DNA of 64,000 bases from Vitrella brassicaformis CCMP3155 (Eukaryota; Protista; Chromerida), in assembly GCA_001179505.1 (NCBI GenBank), contig CDMY01000226.1, positions 96,211 through 160,210 on the forward strand, given 5' to 3'. Below the pieces are notes generated by a model. That model was not told the DNA's origin, did no database searches, and was given only the letters and a program-made list of their open reading frames with translations. Below, piece by piece: positions 61,327 to 64,000 of this stretch (the stretch's first letter is position 1; each line of letters begins with the position of its first letter). The translations under genes were made by a program, and so were the position numbers.

Positions 61327-63897
61327 CTCCTTCAGTGCGACCAGCGAGGACCGGCATGAGGTTGACAGGCAGTTTGAGTCTGTCACACAGCGCTGCAAAA
61401 CAGCAAACATATGATATTGTACCAGCATCTGGCGGGACTCACTTTGAAGTCTTCGGATAACACGAAGTGCATCTGACCGCTTCCCAGGATTGGCCTTGAT
61501 TCACGCGCGCACCATCTTGTAGGATGTGGTGCGGAGACATATGAGCGCCCAAGTGCCGGACCTCAGGATGATATGCAAGATGTTTGGAGGGTAGTTCGAA
61601 AGCGGGACGCTCGTGAGCAATGGTTGCGAATCTGCCCACGACGCTTAAGATTGCATTTCGTCCTGTGCTTGTGGCGGTCTGCGTGTGGGCAATTACACGC
61701 CAGGACCTCAGAGGCCCTCTGAGTCATCATCACCACATTCCGTGTTGGCCCTCTCAGCTCCTCCACATTGCGGCGCTCGATTAGAGACCCCAACCAGTAT
61801 GTAGTCATGAAGCCGCTGTTGAAGTGCTTCACATTTGCATAGCACCGCTGGCAAGGATTGGCGGCCGCAGACCCGGCGAGACCAAGAATCAGTCCGATCC
61901 ATTTCTGAGACGACACAATAAGACCAGAGACATATCAACTATGTCCGTGTCTCCCGCACCTGGTCACCCAAGATAAAGACATTGAATTTGACCGTCCACA
62001 GTTTCCCTTGAATGTAAGCCTGAAATCCGCGCTGTAGGAGCATGATGTCTTTGTCCAGCCGCTTCATCCATGGCTTGAGTCTGTCATAGTTTTCCGTCCC
62101 GTTCAGCAAAGCAAAGACAAACAGTGAGTGGGAAGAATGGGATGAAAATAAGGGCCCGGTGTCGCTGATGTGTTCAGTGACGACGCGTGCGGCAAGAGTG
62201 ACTGCTTGCTTGTTCTGTCGCATCCTCATTAGTTGGCTGCCGTCACCAGATATGCAAAGTGAGAGAGTGATCTCTCCTTGACCCGTGGTACATTTCTTCT
62301 CTCTCCTCAAATTCACCCGCCACACATCTAACATAACAGCTGGGTGCGTCTTCACAAGCCATTTGAAGAGGTAATATGGACTCGCATACGTGGAAGAGAA
62401 GTGCTCATTGGGGCTGCGGTCCACACGGGCATAGGGAAGGTCAGCCCTCACGTCATCCAAATTCGGGAGATACTCCTCTTCCATCCTCGGCAGGTAGCGT
62501 GCCCTCTCCTCTTGGACGCTCGTCTTCGACGGGACGATTTGTGGTTTGTTAGAATCCTTCACCCACCGAGACATCCCAACCCGTCTCTTGTTGGTGATCA
62601 GATTCTTCATCACTTGTAGTCGGGGCCACCCGATGTGCAGCTTCATTTGCAGGGCGCGCCACAATGACTCGTCGATCTTCCAGTAGGTCTCAGCGAACTT
62701 CTTGCTTAGCCATAAGAGGGCTTTGTGGATGGTCACGGTATGACGTGAATCCTCTCCCAAGCGACCCACTCTCTGAAGAAATCGAATCCACAGACCTCTC
62801 AACACAGCCGCGATAATAGGGGTGGGCCAGATGAATAGAAAAAGGACTATCAAATGCACTACGACAGCTTGGACTGCACTTAGTGTCATGTCAGTACCGC
62901 CATACTCCCATCCTTGTGGACGCTGCGACCCCTTTGGATCAGCCATCCATAGAAGCGCGTCGACCGCCACCTGAGCCCATTTCCGTCGGCGACGATTTCC
63001 AGGGTCGTCTGGATGATCAGGATAAGAGTCGAGAGTCTTGGCAGTTTCCACAAGGGGAACCTCGGCGCTGGTGGTCACTCGAAGCTGCCTCCACTTCTTC
63101 CCCCCACCCTGCCTCCCACCTCCACCCATCTGCTTCTCCCAAATGTCAACTTGGTGGAATCCACCAGCTTTGGAGTCGAGTGCGTAGTTGGTCCGCCGCT
63201 TCAGCTCCCATCCTTCCTCTTCATTTGCGTCTTGGTATGGATTATCGAGTTGCTTCTTTTTCTCTCGTGCGTCTTCATCTCGTGACTCATCGGGGTCCCG
63301 TCCCAGATGGCCTGCGTCCTCCTCAGGCTCCTCGACTAACTCTGAATTATCACCTGCCCCGACGTCCTCCTCAGCATCAAGAAATGAATCGAGTTCATCG
63401 TCCACTTCGACGCCTCTAACATTTCGCAGAGGCAAAGGGTGTCTGGGAAGGGGGGCACCTTTGGATGATGGTGGGGTGGGAAAGGGGCTGTCCACCTCTT
63501 CGTCAGAAGAGAAACGGTCAAACGGGGGAATTCCACCAGAGGCCATCTCTTCCTCATGATCCAGCGATCGGCCAGCAAAGGATTGTGCAGGAGCGGCGGC
63601 GGCGGCGGCGGCTGCTGCGGCGGCTGGTGGGACTACGGCTCTCTGCTTTTCTTCCTCCTCAATCCCGTCTTCCTCCTCCCATTGCAGGCCCCGTCCTGCT
63701 TGAGGCGGAGTTGGTGATAGCTGCATTGGGACGGGGGCCAGTGGAGATATGTGGCGCCGTCGGCGACCTCGAGACCTTTCTCCAAACCCAGCAAGGGGGA
63801 ATTTGTCATCTGGAATGCCGCGGATGTAGGAGGAGAAGCGAGCCCGCCTCTCTAATATATATCCAGCCAGGCCCAGCTGATCAAGGTCTTCATACAC
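61327..63897 (-). mobile_element. Degenerate RAG1/Transib-like DDE transposase gene with spliceosomal introns; C-terminus missing, 5' end probably outside the window
   Basis: In order: LQMKLHIGWPRLQVMK...QIVPSKTSVQEERARYLP; LSLCISGDG (first Asp, 62242-62244); S-x(6)-FALLNGTENYDRL..WMKRL..DI..L..G; VKFNVFILGDQ|KW (second Asp, 61963-61965, then a 55-nt intron); GL.GS....PCQRC; G...QPLL.SVPL....PNILHIILR. There is a frameshift at about 61627 and an in-frame TGA at 61501-61503. Confidence 0.75.
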
Positions 63898-64000
63898 GTG
63901 ATGGCCACACCCCCATGATTGAGTTGGTGATTTCTCGGCTGTTTCTCCTCCTTTTCGGATGAGCGAGCGTGTATCGGACTACACCCAACCCCCTCCACCT

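Noticed and set aside
63897-63985. In-frame WGCGHHV upstream of the transposase ORF as a possible RING remnant like the RAG1 N-terminus
   Set aside because: The remaining Cys ligands are absent and the frame closes at about 63985, so it cannot be supported.
1-64000. CRISPR arrays, rRNA genes, prokaryotic operons or defence systems
   Set aside because: None seen. The window is spliceosomal eukaryotic DNA, and its short repeats are microsatellites without unique spacers.

Overview
Eukaryotic, intron-rich, GC-rich genomic DNA. The gene content, microsatellite-filled introns and lineage-specific families point to a chromerid alveolate, most likely Vitrella brassicaformis; this is an inference with no database check. 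I could splice by eye about 16 genes: a coiled-coil protein, a two-domain PPi-family phosphofructokinase, a signal-peptide HSP20, a Tra2/SR45a-like RRM protein, a secreted YbhB/PEBP protein, a frameshifted lineage-specific gene, a low-complexity protein, a RanBP2 zinc-finger protein, a USP deubiquitinase, an oocyst-wall-like protein, galactokinase, gamma-tocopherol methyltransferase, a NudC/CS protein, importin alpha, a triple-CCCH protein and a locally duplicated family gene. There are two ORF-poor microsatellite tracts (about 22-27 kb and 46.8-55.8 kb), four 300-N gaps and a mobile-element-rich right end. Main findings: (1) a decayed, intron-containing RAG1/Transib-like transposase at 61.3-63.9 kb; (2) the octamer TGCGAGCT/AGCTCGCA in all five short head-to-head intergenic gaps, and also inside a solo-LTR-like insertion whose empty site lies in an adjacent duplicate; (3) many introns carry AC/CAGA repeats at the 5' end and complementary GT/TCTG repeats at the 3' end, suggesting RNA hairpins that bridge the splice sites; (4) a possible micro-exon transcript in the first ORF-poor tract. 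Exon boundaries were read manually and need RNA-seq confirmation.
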